This document shows positions 30,165-40,987 of a stretch of DNA of 64,000 bases, piece by piece. The stretch is from Nitrosopumilus sp. (GTDB lineage Archaea; Thermoproteota; Nitrososphaeria; Nitrososphaerales; Nitrosopumilaceae): the NCBI GenBank assembly GCA_963662625.1, contig OY759726.1, forward strand, positions 96,001 through 160,000, written 5' to 3'. A program made the position numbers and the translations under genes. The notes beneath the pieces were generated by a model. The model saw only the letters and a list, made by a program, of their open reading frames with translations, was not told the DNA's origin and did not search any database. Every line of letters begins with the position of its first letter. Within the stretch, counting starts at the first letter, position 1.

Positions 30165-32341
30165 CCCCGCCCGTCCCCGAGCTCGCACAGCCGCTTGTCG
30201 AACTCCTCGATAACCCACGGGCTGTAGTCCCGGCCGTTGCCGCTGCCGTCGTGGATCTCCTCGATCACCCTCCTCGCGGTGTCGCTCTTGAGCCCGTGGT
30301 AGAAGGCGTACCTGCCAAGCATCCGGCTGTCGACCATGGGCTCGTCCGTGCCGTCCTCCCCGACGCCGGGGGTCCTGGCGAACTTTGGCAGCATGTCCCC
30401 AAGGTGCAGGTGTGGGGGTTGCCCGGCCCACCCCGCGGCGAACACGAGGGGGAAGGCGTGGATCCCGGCCGCGTAGAGGACCAGCACCCCACTCTTGACC
30501 AGGTGGCCTACCTTCCCCTTCGGGATGTCGCTGTGCCTGACCGTGGGGGCCTTCCCAGGCCTGCCGCCGGCACGCTCGATTATCTGGCCGACCGTCATCA
30601 CCCCCTCGCTGGTCTCATAGACGTAGTTCCCGAGCGACTTGCGCCACTCCGCGAACGGGATCCCCGAATATCCGGAACCCCGGACGGAGTTGGCGCACAC
30701 CATGTCGACCGGGAACGCGCCGCCCCGGCGCATGTGCTTCCCGGTGTCCTGGACCAGCGTTATCTCGTCCATTCTGGCCATGACCATGCCGGGCCGGACG
30801 TCGTCGAGCTGGAATGACCAGTAGCCGTCATCGCCGTACGTCCTGGGGATCCGGTACACCCTGACATTCCTCTTCCCGGAAGTGGAGCTCCTGTCAGACT
30901 TGATCCCGTTGGCGGACATGTACGATTTCACGCTCATTACCCCGTTGGACTCGAAGAGTGGGATCATGTCCGGATCGACCTTGAAGACCTTGATCTTGGG
31001 GTCGCGCCTTAGCACCGGGTCTATCTGCGCCGACCTGCAGGAGTCGGTCACCAGGATGCCGCGGCGTTTTCCGGCCACGAGCCTGAGCCCGATCTCCCAG
31101 GGGGAGCCGTTGGGGCTGTCCGGCTCCCTCGCATCGCACGTCAGCATCCTGTGGTAGTCATCCCACTCCGAGATCCCGTCCAGGTCGTCCTGGACTGGCC
31201 CATGGATGAGCCCGTCGATCAACCGGCATTCCGGGGACATCACGTACTCCTCGAACGACCCCTTCTCGATCGAGGATACGAACCCGGTGATCATGGAGTC
31301 TATCTCCCGGTCGACCCTCTCGCGGGCCTCGTCGCTGAGCCTCTCCCTGTCAGGCGTGGGCTTGTACTTGCGCTCGTCCCTGACGTTGACAGACAGCAGC
31401 CCGATGTGTCCGCGGTACTTGCCAACGTAGTCGTACTGGATTGGTATGCCGCACAGGTATGCCACCGTCACATCGCCCCCTACCGCTCCGGTCCCGCTGT
31501 AGGTTATGCACACGTCGATGTCGTCACCATCGATCGTGCTGGCATGCAGCCTCCTCAACACCCCGCAGTCAGGGCTGCCGAAGAGCCGCCTGTCGTAGGA
31601 TTTGAGGCTCTCCAGCGCCAGCGTCTCCAGGTCCCCGGCCGGCACCATCCCGGAAAGTTCCCGGCCCCACTCGGTGGTGGCGGCGCTGCCGGTGATCTCG
31701 ATCTCCGTGGGGACTCCGCTGAGCCTGGCGCAGTCATGCACCATCCTGACGATCTCCCCCAGGTCGACGTCCTCCCTGGCCGTCAGGGAGACCCTGGTCC
31801 CAAAGTCGCCCTTATCGGGCGTGGGGAGCCCCGTCTGGAACCCCTCCCCGGCCTTGCCCATCACGGCGTACCTTTCGCCGGTCTCGCGGCAGTGCGTCTC
31901 CAGGATCATGATGTCGGAGATGCACATGTACGCCGCGCGCCCGAAGCCGAACTGGCCGGACTCCCGCCCGTCGAAGTTGGTGCTGCGCCCGAGGACGCAG
32001 AAGACGTTGGCGAACGTGTCCCAGCTCATCCCGGAGGAGCCGAAGCCCTCCAGCACGATCTTGCGCGAGTGCGAGTCGACCTTCAGGCTGATCCTCGCCC
32101 CGTGCCCGCCACCGATCGCGGTCCTACAGGCGCGCGCCTCGTTGGCGTAGAGCTCCCTGATCCCAGACGACGGATTCGCGTAGAGGTCCTTGCTGATCCT
32201 CTGCCTGACGACGTCCTTCTCCAGGTCGGTCGAAATGAACCCGCCCGCGCTTCCGTCCGGCATGTCGCCGGCCCATCCTGTCTGCTGGAGCTTCAGCGGC
32301 TCCTCTTTCCTTATCTCTGGCTTGTAGTACTTCTCACCCAT
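30161..32341 (-). CDS. GHKL (Hsp90/rIIA-like) ATPase, paralog 1
   Basis: LYANPSSGIRELYANE, GMS, GQFGFGRAA, FGT and PTPDRERL motifs. Confidence 0.8.
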   Translation of the reverse strand: MGEKYYKPEIRKEEPLKLQQTGWAGDMPDGSAGGFISTDLEKDVVRQRISKDLYANPSSGIRELYANEARACRTAIGGGHGARISLKVDSHSRKIVLEGFGSSGMSWDTFANVFCVLGRSTNFDGRESGQFGFGRAAYMCISDIMILETHCRETGERYAVMGKAGEGFQTGLPTPDKGDFGTRVSLTAREDVDLGEIVRMVHDCARLSGVPTEIEITGSAATTEWGRELSGMVPAGDLETLALESLKSYDRRLFGSPDCGVLRRLHASTIDGDDIDVCITYSGTGAVGGDVTVAYLCGIPIQYDYVGKYRGHIGLLSVNVRDERKYKPTPDRERLSDEARERVDREIDSMITGFVSSIEKGSFEEYVMSPECRLIDGLIHGPVQDDLDGISEWDDYHRMLTCDAREPDSPNGSPWEIGLRLVAGKRRGILVTDSCRSAQIDPVLRRDPKIKVFKVDPDMIPLFESNGVMSVKSYMSANGIKSDRSSTSGKRNVRVYRIPRTYGDDGYWSFQLDDVRPGMVMARMDEITLVQDTGKHMRRGGAFPVDMVCANSVRGSGYSGIPFAEWRKSLGNYVYETSEGVMTVGQIIERAGGRPGKAPTVRHSDIPKGKVGHLVKSGVLVLYAAGIHAFPLVFAAGWAGQPPHLHLGDMLPKFARTPGVGEDGTDEPMVDSRMLGRYAFYHGLKSDTARRVIEEIHDGSGNGRDYSPWVIEEFDKRLCELGDGRG

Positions 32342-32456
32342 GTGATCTACCCCCTTTGGTTCGTTGTCGCGGGCCTTCCACCCGCCAGCCGGCGCCGCCA
32401 CGGCGCGGTCCCCACAGCGCGTCCCGGTGGCCTGGGGGCGGGCTCCCGCCCGCCGT

Positions 32457-34661
32457 CTACTCATTCCGGACCCCGCCGCGGCGGCCGCCCTGGCTCCGGC
32501 CTTGGTCGCTGGCCAGGCGAGCGTCTATCTCCCCGATCAGGCGCATGTAGGCATCCGACCAGTGGGGGTTCCCGCCCCTCATGAACTCGGTGAACACCTC
32601 CCTGATCATGGGCTCCCGGATCCCGACGTAAAACTCGTAGAACCGCATCACGTCGGCGTCGACGTCCCTCCAGGACTGGTACACCAGCCCGGCCACCCCG
32701 GAGAACTCGGAGGACATGTCTTCCATCCTGAGGCACTTCTGCATTCCCCTTCGCATGGCCTTGCCGTACCTGTCTGGCTTCCCGTCAACCCCATGGTACA
32801 GGAGGATCGGGAGAAGTGACTGCTTGCTGACGTCGACTGCCAGCAGGCCGCCCTGGCTCATCTTCCCGGCGGCCTTTCCGGCCGGGAACTTCACCATCCT
32901 CAGGTCCCACTTGGGGTCGCATATGTCCCTCACCGTCATCACCCCCTCGCTGGTGGAGTAAATCCTCCCCCCGAGGGACTCGCGGAAGTCGGGCCACGCC
33001 ACCCCTTCAAAGTCCGGGCCGACGGAACCGGCCTTGGCGTACCTGAACCCGAACTCGTCGCTCTGGTAGTTCCAGGCGATGGCCGTGAGCCCGTTCTGCA
33101 CGGATTCGAACTCCTCCCCTACCAGCACCAGGTTTTCCGGCAGGTCATCGGAGGCCATGGACGTCGCCTTTTTGTGGCCCCAGGAGGTGTACACCCTGGT
33201 TTTCCTGGGGACCTTCGCCGATTTTTTCACCTTGATGCCGTTCTCCTTCATGTACCGCCTGACGGGGGTGAGGCCTTCGGCCTCCAGCATGTCATACGCC
33301 GCGGCGTCGGGGATCCTGACCACCTTAATTTCTCGGTCGTGCTCCTCGATCGCCTCGAGGATTGCCGAGCTGAACGCCCTGGTTATGAGGACCTTCGGCC
33401 CGCTGATGATACTCCCGAGCGGCCAGCATCCCCCGCCTATGCACCCGCTTGCCTCCACCGCCATGGCGCTCCTGTAGCCGGCGTACATGGCGCGGTGCCT
33501 GAACGGCACCAGCCCCTCGTACACCCCGCGCCCGACGTGGTTCGTCAGGCAGTCAAGCAGCCTGCATGATGGATCGGACAGGTAGCCTGTCAGCGTCCTC
33601 TTCCCATGGGACATTACCCTGGCCTCGATCAGGGCGTCGACCCTCTCGCTGACCCTGCCGGCGGCCTCGTCGCTGAGCCTCTCCCTGTCAGGCGTGGGCT
33701 TGTACTTGCGCTCGTCCCTGACGTTGACCGACACCAGTCCGATGTGTCCGCGGTACTTGCCAACGTAGTCGTACTGGATTGGTATGCCGCACAGGTATGC
33801 CACCGTCCTGCCGCCGCCCACTCCGGGCGAGGCCATCACGACCACCTCGATCTCGTCGTCACCCACGTCTTGGACGGTGGGCTTCCTGAGGATCGCCTCG
33901 GCGTAATCGCCATCAACGCGGAACCGCCCGGCGGATATCTCCCCAAGCGTCTTCCGCGTGACGGCGCCCTCGTACTCCGAAACCCCGTTGTCCGGGTTAC
34001 GCCCCCTGCCGTCGAGGACGATCTCAGTGGGGACCCCGCTCATCTCGGCGCAGGCGTGCACCATCCTGACGATCTCCCCCAGGTCGACGTCCTCCCTGGC
34101 CGTCAGGGAGACCCTGGTCCCAAAGTCGCCCTTATCGGGCGTGGGGAGCCCCGTCTGGAACCCCTCCCCGGCCTTGCCCATCACGGCGTACCTTTCGCCG
34201 GTCTCGCGGCAGTGCGTCTCCAGGATCATGATGTCGGAGATGCACATGTACGCCGCGCGCCCGAAGCCGAACTGGCCGGACTCCCGCCCGTCGAAGTTGG
34301 TGCTGCGCCCGAGGACGCAGAAGACGTTGGCGAACGTGTCCCAGCTCATCCCGGAGGAGCCGAAGCCCTCCAGCACGATCTTGCGCGACCCGTACTCCAC
34401 CGTGAGACGGATGCTCGCCCCGTGCCCGCCACCGATCGCGGTCCTGCAGGCGCGCGCCTCGTTGGCGTAGAGCTCCCTGATCCCAGACGACGGATTCGCG
34501 TAGAGGTCCTTGCTGATCCTCTGCCTGACGACGTCCTTCTCCAGGTCGGTCGAAATGAACCCGCCCGCGCTTCCGTCCGGCATGTCGCCGGCCCATCCTG
34601 TCTGCTGGAGCTTCAGCGGCTCCTCTTTCCTTATCTCTGGCTTGTAGTACTTCTCACCCAT
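32457..34661 (-). CDS. GHKL (Hsp90/rIIA-like) ATPase, paralog 2
   Basis: N-terminal ~200 aa nearly identical to paralog 1; divergent C-terminus. Confidence 0.8.
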   Translation of the reverse strand: MGEKYYKPEIRKEEPLKLQQTGWAGDMPDGSAGGFISTDLEKDVVRQRISKDLYANPSSGIRELYANEARACRTAIGGGHGASIRLTVEYGSRKIVLEGFGSSGMSWDTFANVFCVLGRSTNFDGRESGQFGFGRAAYMCISDIMILETHCRETGERYAVMGKAGEGFQTGLPTPDKGDFGTRVSLTAREDVDLGEIVRMVHACAEMSGVPTEIVLDGRGRNPDNGVSEYEGAVTRKTLGEISAGRFRVDGDYAEAILRKPTVQDVGDDEIEVVVMASPGVGGGRTVAYLCGIPIQYDYVGKYRGHIGLVSVNVRDERKYKPTPDRERLSDEAAGRVSERVDALIEARVMSHGKRTLTGYLSDPSCRLLDCLTNHVGRGVYEGLVPFRHRAMYAGYRSAMAVEASGCIGGGCWPLGSIISGPKVLITRAFSSAILEAIEEHDREIKVVRIPDAAAYDMLEAEGLTPVRRYMKENGIKVKKSAKVPRKTRVYTSWGHKKATSMASDDLPENLVLVGEEFESVQNGLTAIAWNYQSDEFGFRYAKAGSVGPDFEGVAWPDFRESLGGRIYSTSEGVMTVRDICDPKWDLRMVKFPAGKAAGKMSQGGLLAVDVSKQSLLPILLYHGVDGKPDRYGKAMRRGMQKCLRMEDMSSEFSGVAGLVYQSWRDVDADVMRFYEFYVGIREPMIREVFTEFMRGGNPHWSDAYMRLIGEIDARLASDQGRSQGGRRGGVRNE

Positions 34662-34790
34662 GTGATCTACCCCCTTTGGTTCGTTGTCGCGGGCCTTCCA
34701 CCCGCCAGCCGGCGCCGCCACGGCGCGGTCCCCACAGCGCGTCCCGGTGGCCTGGGGGCGGGCTCCCGCCCGCCGTCGATGTCCGGGGCG

Positions 34791-35327
34791 TCATTCCCCC
34801 GCCCCCATGCTGATCACCCTGTCGCAGGTGGCAAGCCCGCACGGGTGCATCCAGTCCTTTTTTGGTACCTGCGGCCGGGAGACTGTTATCCTCCCGTGGA
34901 TGGTCCGGTCCCTCAGGGACTCCTCGACCTCCGCGGGGTCGAACCCCGTGGTGCTGAACTTGATGTAGAACGGCCTCCCGTCGGCCCTGAGGACCGACGT
35001 GTTGGCGTACCTCTCCCACATTGGATATGGCACCAGCCAGCCGCTCTCCCCGGGGCCGCCGTCATCCGGCCCGTACCGCACTGTGGAGCCGTCGGAGATC
35101 ATCCGCCCCATCATGAACCTCGCGCTGTCCATGATGGCTCCGTCCGGGACCCTGTCCCTGAGCGCCCCGCTGGAGCCGGAGGGGATCTTGACCCAGCCGC
35201 CGCACACCAGGAAGTTGGGGAAGACGTCCCAGAACCGCATGATCCGGGTCACCATCTTCCCGGACCTCCCGGAGAACATCTTCTCTTGGGGGATCACCTC
35301 TAGCGACAGTTCCGCCATGGACGCCAT
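34791..35327 (-). CDS. hypothetical protein
   Basis: ORF in a co-oriented cluster; start uncertain. Confidence 0.5.
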   Translation of the reverse strand: MASMAELSLEVIPQEKMFSGRSGKMVTRIMRFWDVFPNFLVCGGWVKIPSGSSGALRDRVPDGAIMDSARFMMGRMISDGSTVRYGPDDGGPGESGWLVPYPMWERYANTSVLRADGRPFYIKFSTTGFDPAEVEESLRDRTIHGRITVSRPQVPKKDWMHPCGLATCDRVISMGAGE

Positions 35328-35364
35328 CCGGCACCACCCCCGGCGCGCGGCGTGGTTTCGGACA

Positions 35365-35661
35365 TCAGTCCCCGTACCTCGCCCCGGCGTCATCGTGCCC
35401 GCACTCATGGCAGTGGAACGCGCCGTCGTCGGCGCGTTCGTATTCCGGCGAGTCGCACTCGGGACAGTTGTCCCTTATCCAGTACTCCCACATGTTGACG
35501 GCGATGTCGCGCGGGGCACGCGCCCCTTCGGGATCCCAGTCCGCGTCGAAGAAACTTTCGTTCGTCGAGGGGCTCGGGATCAGCATCGCGTTTACCGCCG
35601 CGTCCCCGTGATCCCGTCGGAGTATCCGCTCGACCTCGCCCATCTTTTCGGAGTCGGCCAT
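35365..35661 (-). CDS. hypothetical protein with C-terminal Zn ribbon
   Basis: CPECD...CHECG. Confidence 0.55.
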   Translation of the reverse strand: MADSEKMGEVERILRRDHGDAAVNAMLIPSPSTNESFFDADWDPEGARAPRDIAVNMWEYWIRDNCPECDSPEYERADDGAFHCHECGHDDAGARYGD

Positions 35662-36134
35662 CACGCAAACCTCTCGTGCAGCTTGTCCTTGAGGGCCAGG
35701 TCTTCCTCGTCCAGTTCGCCGTAATCCAGCTTCTCGAATGGCTCGCCCGTGTGGTCCGACGCCCATGTATCCATCTCTCTGGTCACGGCGCAACCTGCCC
35801 GGGCGCAGTGTTTGCCGATTCGGGCGCCGCCGCCGTGTCCCCAGGCCCCCGGGTTTTCGGTCAAGCCGCCCTCAATCTCGACGGATGCGGCCCACTTGTG
35901 GCCGCCGTTGTGGGTGCATGGAGGCTCCGGGGGGTCGATGACCACGGCCGTCTGGTGGTCATCGCCGTCGGGATCCGTCACGACGCCGTAGACGCGGCAC
36001 GGCGCGGAGTCTGACCACTCGTCCCGCATCCAGTCGCGGGCCTGCCGGAGGGCGTCGTCCAGGGATTCGGCCTGGATCGTCTCCTCGGTGTCGGAATCAT
36101 CCGTTACGGTGTAGGTCTGCATCTTCCGAGTCAT
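35661..36134 (-). CDS. hypothetical phage/plasmid-type protein
   Basis: Acidic 157-aa ORF with PPEPPC..H.W...ENPGAWGHGGG; ATGA coupling. Confidence 0.6.
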   Translation of the reverse strand: MTRKMQTYTVTDDSDTEETIQAESLDDALRQARDWMRDEWSDSAPCRVYGVVTDPDGDDHQTAVVIDPPEPPCTHNGGHKWAASVEIEGGLTENPGAWGHGGGARIGKHCARAGCAVTREMDTWASDHTGEPFEKLDYGELDEEDLALKDKLHERFA

Positions 36135-36817
36135 GCCGCGGCCTCGCGCTCGCAGTTGGGGCACTCGACGTGCTCGTACGCGGCGTCATGGACCTCGCGC
36201 GCCTTCCAGTCGCACTCGCGGCACGCCAGGACGTGGAGCGAGCGCGCGTTGTAGGGCTCATGCCAGGAGATGACCAGGCCGGAGCAGTCGGGGCAGGGGA
36301 AATGCTTCACCGTGGTGTAGCCCGTCTTGTCCCCGAGCCATCTCCCGTCGCTGCCGTCGTCCCTCCCCTTGTCGTTGATGGCTTTGTCATGGGCGGCCTC
36401 GCGCTCGCAGTTGGGGCACTCGACGTGCTCGTACGCGGCGTCATGGACCTCGCGCGCCTCCCAGTCGCACTCGCAGCACGCCAGGACGTGGAGCGAGCCA
36501 GCGTCGTGGTGCTCATACCAGGAGTTGACCTGGCCGTTACAGTCCGGGCAGGGGACATCCGTTACCGTGGTGTCACCCCCCGCCACCGCGGGGATCCCGC
36601 ACACCTGCCCGGACCCGTCCCGGACTATCTCCGCCGTGGCCGGCACCCTGGCATTCAGGGTCACCGCGTACGACCTGGCGCCGTGCCGCACGATGACGGC
36701 CGCGACGTTGCCGGGCCTGAAGCCCTCCGGGAGGAGGCTCGCCGCCTCCACCGTCTTACCTGCCATGGGGATCTCGCCCCACTCTAGTTCTCCCCTGTAC
36801 TTTGCTACCTGTTCCAA
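36131..36817 (-). CDS. constant-N-terminus family copy 2, duplicated multi-Cys domain
   Basis: Constant module, then CPDC...ACxEC...CPNC twice. Confidence 0.7.
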   Translation of the reverse strand: MEQVAKYRGELEWGEIPMAGKTVEAASLLPEGFRPGNVAAVIVRHGARSYAVTLNARVPATAEIVRDGSGQVCGIPAVAGGDTTVTDVPCPDCNGQVNSWYEHHDAGSLHVLACCECDWEAREVHDAAYEHVECPNCEREAAHDKAINDKGRDDGSDGRWLGDKTGYTTVKHFPCPDCSGLVISWHEPYNARSLHVLACRECDWKAREVHDAAYEHVECPNCEREAAA

Positions 36818-36939
36818 GGAACCACCTCCAGTGATCCGTTGTCCTGCCGTGATGGCAGTGGCTGCCGCGGTTCCGCGGCGGGGGCCTGGCGGCCCCCAGT
36901 CTCGTCCCCTTCCGGCCGCGCCGGCCGCGCCGCCGCGCC

Positions 36940-37408
36940 TCATCCCCCCGCCTCCGCCACGAAGCAGGTGTGCCTTCCGCAGAACTGGCACGGGCCAAAG
37001 CCAACCACCTTTTCTATCTGAAGGCCGATCGGCCCCGCGCAGTTGGCGCAAGCATGCACCTCAAGATCGCCGCTCATCGCCGATCCCGCCCGTCGGGTTC
37101 GCTCCTGCCGCCAAGGCCCACGCGTTGAGGCTCGGTGAAGCAGGTCGTCCGGCCGCATTTCCGGCACGGCCCAGGCGGGAACCTCCTGGGATCACGGCCG
37201 TCGCCGAGGAACTCATCCTTGCAGTAGAGGCAGGTGTGATGGCCCGGGGGCCCTGCAGGCTGGCTCACTCGTCACGCACCGTCCACACGAACCCGCACGT
37301 CAGTTCCCCGCAGCCATCGCAGAGCATGGGCTCCTGGCCCATCCCAGTCCTGATGGCGATCCTCTGCTCATCGGCGCATTCGTGGCATAGCGGGTGGGGC
37401 GGCATCAT
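36940..37408 (-). CDS. three coupled 45-64-aa Zn-finger ORFs (36940-37077, 37074-37268, 37265-37408)
   Basis: Each has CxxC...CxxCG..TC(G)F; 4-nt start/stop overlaps. Confidence 0.55.
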
Positions 37409-39228
37409 TCGTCCTCCCAGTCCCTGTCCCGGATGCGCTCCAGGATCCTCCCGTACTTCTCCTCCGCCTCTTCGACGTCCACCCGGAGGTAGTCATCGTT
37501 GACGCAGATGGAGTAGAACTCGCACTTGGTCAGGATCCGGACGCCGCCTTCCGGGGAGCCCATGATCTCCCTGATCGTCCCCAGTTCGGCATGGGTGGGG
37601 GAACGCCCGGCGTCCTCGTCATCCAGGACCACCGCGTACATTTCCACCCCGCCCTTCCCGGGGAACGTCTCCCATTCGAGGCCGCACTCGAACGACCAGT
37701 CGTCCCCGTCGCAGGAGTAGATCGTTTCCAACCCGCCGGTCCAGGAGGAGGACGATGGAAAGAAGGACGGCTCGCCTATCTCCCCGGTCTCCGGGTCCAC
37801 CTCCACGGCGGCCGAACCCCCGCCGAGACACCCGATCTCGTGGGCCTTCGCGACGTGCCCCGCGATCTTGTCGGATTCGTCCACCATTCCGGCGATCGCC
37901 CGCATCCGGTGGAGGAACCTCCGGTATGTCTCCACGGCCCCATCGGCGGCCTCGATGACCGTCTCTGGAGAGTACAGGCAGCCGGCCACCTCCGCATCGG
38001 TGAGCTTTCGCACGTCCTGGCGTTCGTCGAGACCGGATTCGCGGATCTCGGCAAGGGTGGCCTCGCGCCCCACCTTGTCGAGACCAAACAGTGAATTCCG
38101 GGCCTCCACCAGGCGCCCCTCGAATCCGGCGATGGACGCGTTCTCTACGCAACGCTCGTCAAGCTCCTCCCCAAGGTACACCGAGTCGAGGGAGTAAAGG
38201 CTGACCCAACCCGGGGTGCAGGAGCGGCCGTCTGGACTGGTGGCCACGGCGACGGCGCCGGTCTTCTCGCTTGCCTCAAGGGACTGGTGTGCCTCCCCGG
38301 GGTGGAGCGCGCAGTATACGTGCATCCCCCTCACCAGGGCCTCGATCTCGTCGGAATGGTCGGCTATCCCTTCCGCCGTCCCCCCGGCCAGCCTTTGGCA
38401 GGACTCGGTCAGCAGGCGCATTCCCCGGGCCACGTTGTCCACCATCGTGACGTCGGCCAGCAGCCCAGCGTACGCCTCTTGGGCCTTCAGGATCTCGTCC
38501 CCATAGTACTCCTCGAGGTCGAGGGCGTCGTAAAGCTCCTCGTCGGAGAAGACGCGCACCGGCCTCGACAGGTCTAGCGTGGCCCCCTCCTCGCGGAGCG
38601 TGGCCAGCTCCCCAGCGCTGGCCTCGCGGCCGGCATCGGCCAGGCACGTCCCGGCCCCGGGGTTGAGCGCGTAATGGGTGGCGAACTGGTTTCGCCGGCA
38701 CTCCGGCTCGATCTCGACTGCCCCCAGTTCCGGGTGGTCGTCCAGCCAGAAACCGTACGGCGACATCTCGGCGATGATCCCGTGCCCGTCCTTGGGGGGG
38801 TCACCATCGTCCAGCCCCTCCTCCGGCGTCTGCGTCCTGACGGAGCCTATGCTGCCGGTGGAGTAATTCGCCTCGATCCTCGCGACCATGTTTCCGATGG
38901 CGGCCTCCCTCATCATCGCCATCACGTAGCCCTTGATGTTTTCGGACTCGTCGACGATTTCGGGAATCCCGCGGGCAGCGCATGAGCCCCCCGCCACCGC
39001 GGGGATCCCGCACACCTGCCCGGACCCGTCCCGGACTATCTCCGCCGTGGCCGGCACCCGCGCCCGAAGGCACGCGGCGTACGACCTGGCGCCGTGCCGC
39101 ACGATGACGGCCGCGACGTTGCCGGGCCTGAAGCCCTCCGGGAGGAGGCTCGCCGCCTCCACCGTCTTACCTGCCATGGGGATCTCGCCCCACTCTAGTT
39201 CTCCCCTGTACTTTGCTACCTGTTCCAA
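37405..39228 (-). CDS. constant-N-terminus family copy 3, large acidic C-terminus with 3 internal repeats
   Basis: GREASAGELATLRE..VRVFSDEE / GREATLAEIRE..VRKLTDAE / GRSPTHAELGTIRE..VRILTKCE. Confidence 0.75.
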   Translation of the reverse strand: MEQVAKYRGELEWGEIPMAGKTVEAASLLPEGFRPGNVAAVIVRHGARSYAACLRARVPATAEIVRDGSGQVCGIPAVAGGSCAARGIPEIVDESENIKGYVMAMMREAAIGNMVARIEANYSTGSIGSVRTQTPEEGLDDGDPPKDGHGIIAEMSPYGFWLDDHPELGAVEIEPECRRNQFATHYALNPGAGTCLADAGREASAGELATLREEGATLDLSRPVRVFSDEELYDALDLEEYYGDEILKAQEAYAGLLADVTMVDNVARGMRLLTESCQRLAGGTAEGIADHSDEIEALVRGMHVYCALHPGEAHQSLEASEKTGAVAVATSPDGRSCTPGWVSLYSLDSVYLGEELDERCVENASIAGFEGRLVEARNSLFGLDKVGREATLAEIRESGLDERQDVRKLTDAEVAGCLYSPETVIEAADGAVETYRRFLHRMRAIAGMVDESDKIAGHVAKAHEIGCLGGGSAAVEVDPETGEIGEPSFFPSSSSWTGGLETIYSCDGDDWSFECGLEWETFPGKGGVEMYAVVLDDEDAGRSPTHAELGTIREIMGSPEGGVRILTKCEFYSICVNDDYLRVDVEEAEEKYGRILERIRDRDWEDE

Positions 39229-39586
39229 GGAACCACCTCCAGTGATCCGTTGTCCTGCCGTGACGGCAGTGGCTGCCGCGGTTCCGCGGCGGGGGCCGGG
39301 CGGCCCCCGGTCTCGTCCCCTTCCGGCCGCGCCTGGCGGCCAGTCCCGGCAAGTGCCGGCCGGCGCATCTACGTTTCGGGGCCTTGGCCCCTTCCGGCCG
39401 CGGGCCCGCCAGTGGGCGGGCCGCCCGCAGCCACGCCTGGGGGGTCACCCCCAAGGCCTGGTGACGCTGCTTGTCCAACGACGGCGCGGGCCACGCCCGG
39501 GTTGGATCCGTGGTGGCATCGGGTGGTCGCGGCCGTCATGCCAACACCTGCCTCACGGGAGGATATAAGCCAACCCGTGGCGGCGG

Positions 39587-40216
39587 TCACGTCCCGGGCC
39601 ACGGGTTGGAACCAAGCCAGCCGTCACGGTCGGCCCTGGAGAGGGCGTCCAGAAGCTCATCGCTGGGGGAGTGGTTCCTCACCCTTCCCACCAGGCTCCT
39701 GAGCCCCCTTTTCCCCCTCTCGACCAGGCCCTCCATCCCGCAGGCCTCGCACTGTTCCAGGTGGCAGGTAGCCTTCCCGACTGACTCGTACAGCCTCAGC
39801 AGCGGGCTGTCCCACATCATCACGGCGTAGGACACGCCAAGTTCGGTCTGGAAGTCGTACCTCTTCACCCCCAGCAGTATCCCGACCGGGGAGGTCGTGA
39901 CGTACTGGCACATCGCGCGGAGGGGGACCCATTCCCTGTGGCTGATCATGGAGTCGATCTCCCCCCACCTCTGTTCCGCGCCCATCCCCACGTGGCCGAA
40001 GACCCTCCTGACTCGGCCAGTGTCGCCATCCAGGAGCGCCACCTTGACGCCGCGGGCGTCACCGCCCATGGTGGGGATTGTCCTGTCCACTACCCCCACG
40101 CGGAGGTGGCGCGCGCCTGACTTTTGGCGGGTCTCGATCTCCACCACCTGGCCCTCCACGGTGCCGCCGTCGACTGGAATTTCGAACCCAGTCGCCGGCC
40201 TTTTCCGGCGGTCCAC
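39587..40216 (-). CDS. hypothetical protein
   Basis: 209-aa ORF in a co-oriented cluster. Confidence 0.55.
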   Translation of the reverse strand: MDRRKRPATGFEIPVDGGTVEGQVVEIETRQKSGARHLRVGVVDRTIPTMGGDARGVKVALLDGDTGRVRRVFGHVGMGAEQRWGEIDSMISHREWVPLRAMCQYVTTSPVGILLGVKRYDFQTELGVSYAVMMWDSPLLRLYESVGKATCHLEQCEACGMEGLVERGKRGLRSLVGRVRNHSPSDELLDALSRADRDGWLGSNPWPGT

Positions 40217-40217
40217 G

Positions 40218-40622
40218 CTACCTCACGACGAATGCGTCGCCCTTCGATCCGGGGTCGCGAGCGGTGCACTTCTCCGGGGAGTCGCCGAACGGCTTTTCGT
40301 GCAGCACTATGCGATCCTCCCGGCCCGTGCAGGGCTGGCAGACGAAATAGTGCGACTCCCCGCCGCCCCTGGCCAGTTCCACGAGTTCGGCCGCCAGGCT
40401 CGCCAGGTCGTCCCCGGATATGCTGAACCCGGTGGTGCGCCTGACCCCGGCGTCCCCCTCCCCATTGCGCATGTTCTCCGGGACGCGGTACGTGGTGTTC
40501 ACGTAGTATTGCTTCCCCTTGATGTTGCCGCCCTTCATCTGCGACACCGTGAGTATCGTGTCCGACAGGTGGCCCAGGGTCATGACCTTCTGCAGGTCGT
40601 AGGCGTATGACTCGCGGCTCAT
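40218..40622 (-). CDS. hypothetical protein
   Basis: 134-aa coupled ORF. Confidence 0.55.
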   Translation of the reverse strand: MSRESYAYDLQKVMTLGHLSDTILTVSQMKGGNIKGKQYYVNTTYRVPENMRNGEGDAGVRRTTGFSISGDDLASLAAELVELARGGGESHYFVCQPCTGREDRIVLHEKPFGDSPEKCTARDPGSKGDAFVVR

Positions 40623-40987
40623 GCCGTCCGTACCCCGCTGGACTTAAAAGGCCCGAAGCAAAGTCCGCGCAGCGACGCCGCCGCCGCGGCAATCCTGCCC
40701 CCTCTATCCGGCCTGGCCTGGGCCCTCCCGGCCTCGGCCGCGGCCAGCGCCAGCAGCGACCGCCGCATCCCGTCGCCGCAGCCCGGCACCCCGACGCCGT
40801 CGACGCACTGGACCCCCACCAGGGCGACGCCCCCGTCTGGCGCGACAGTAGACTTTGACCTCCGCGGGTAGTGGGCCAGCCTGACCCTGTCCCCGTGCAG
40901 TTCCACCTGCAGGGTGCCGTCGAAGTGCCTAGACACTTCCAGCATCGCCAGCACCTTGCCCTTGACGCTCTCCTGGAGCCGGCTCAT
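40619..40987 (-). CDS. hypothetical protein
   Basis: ATGA-coupled ORF starting MSRLQESVK. Confidence 0.5.
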   Translation of the reverse strand: MSRLQESVKGKVLAMLEVSRHFDGTLQVELHGDRVRLAHYPRRSKSTVAPDGGVALVGVQCVDGVGVPGCGDGMRRSLLALAAAEAGRAQARPDRGGRIAAAAASLRGLCFGPFKSSGVRTA

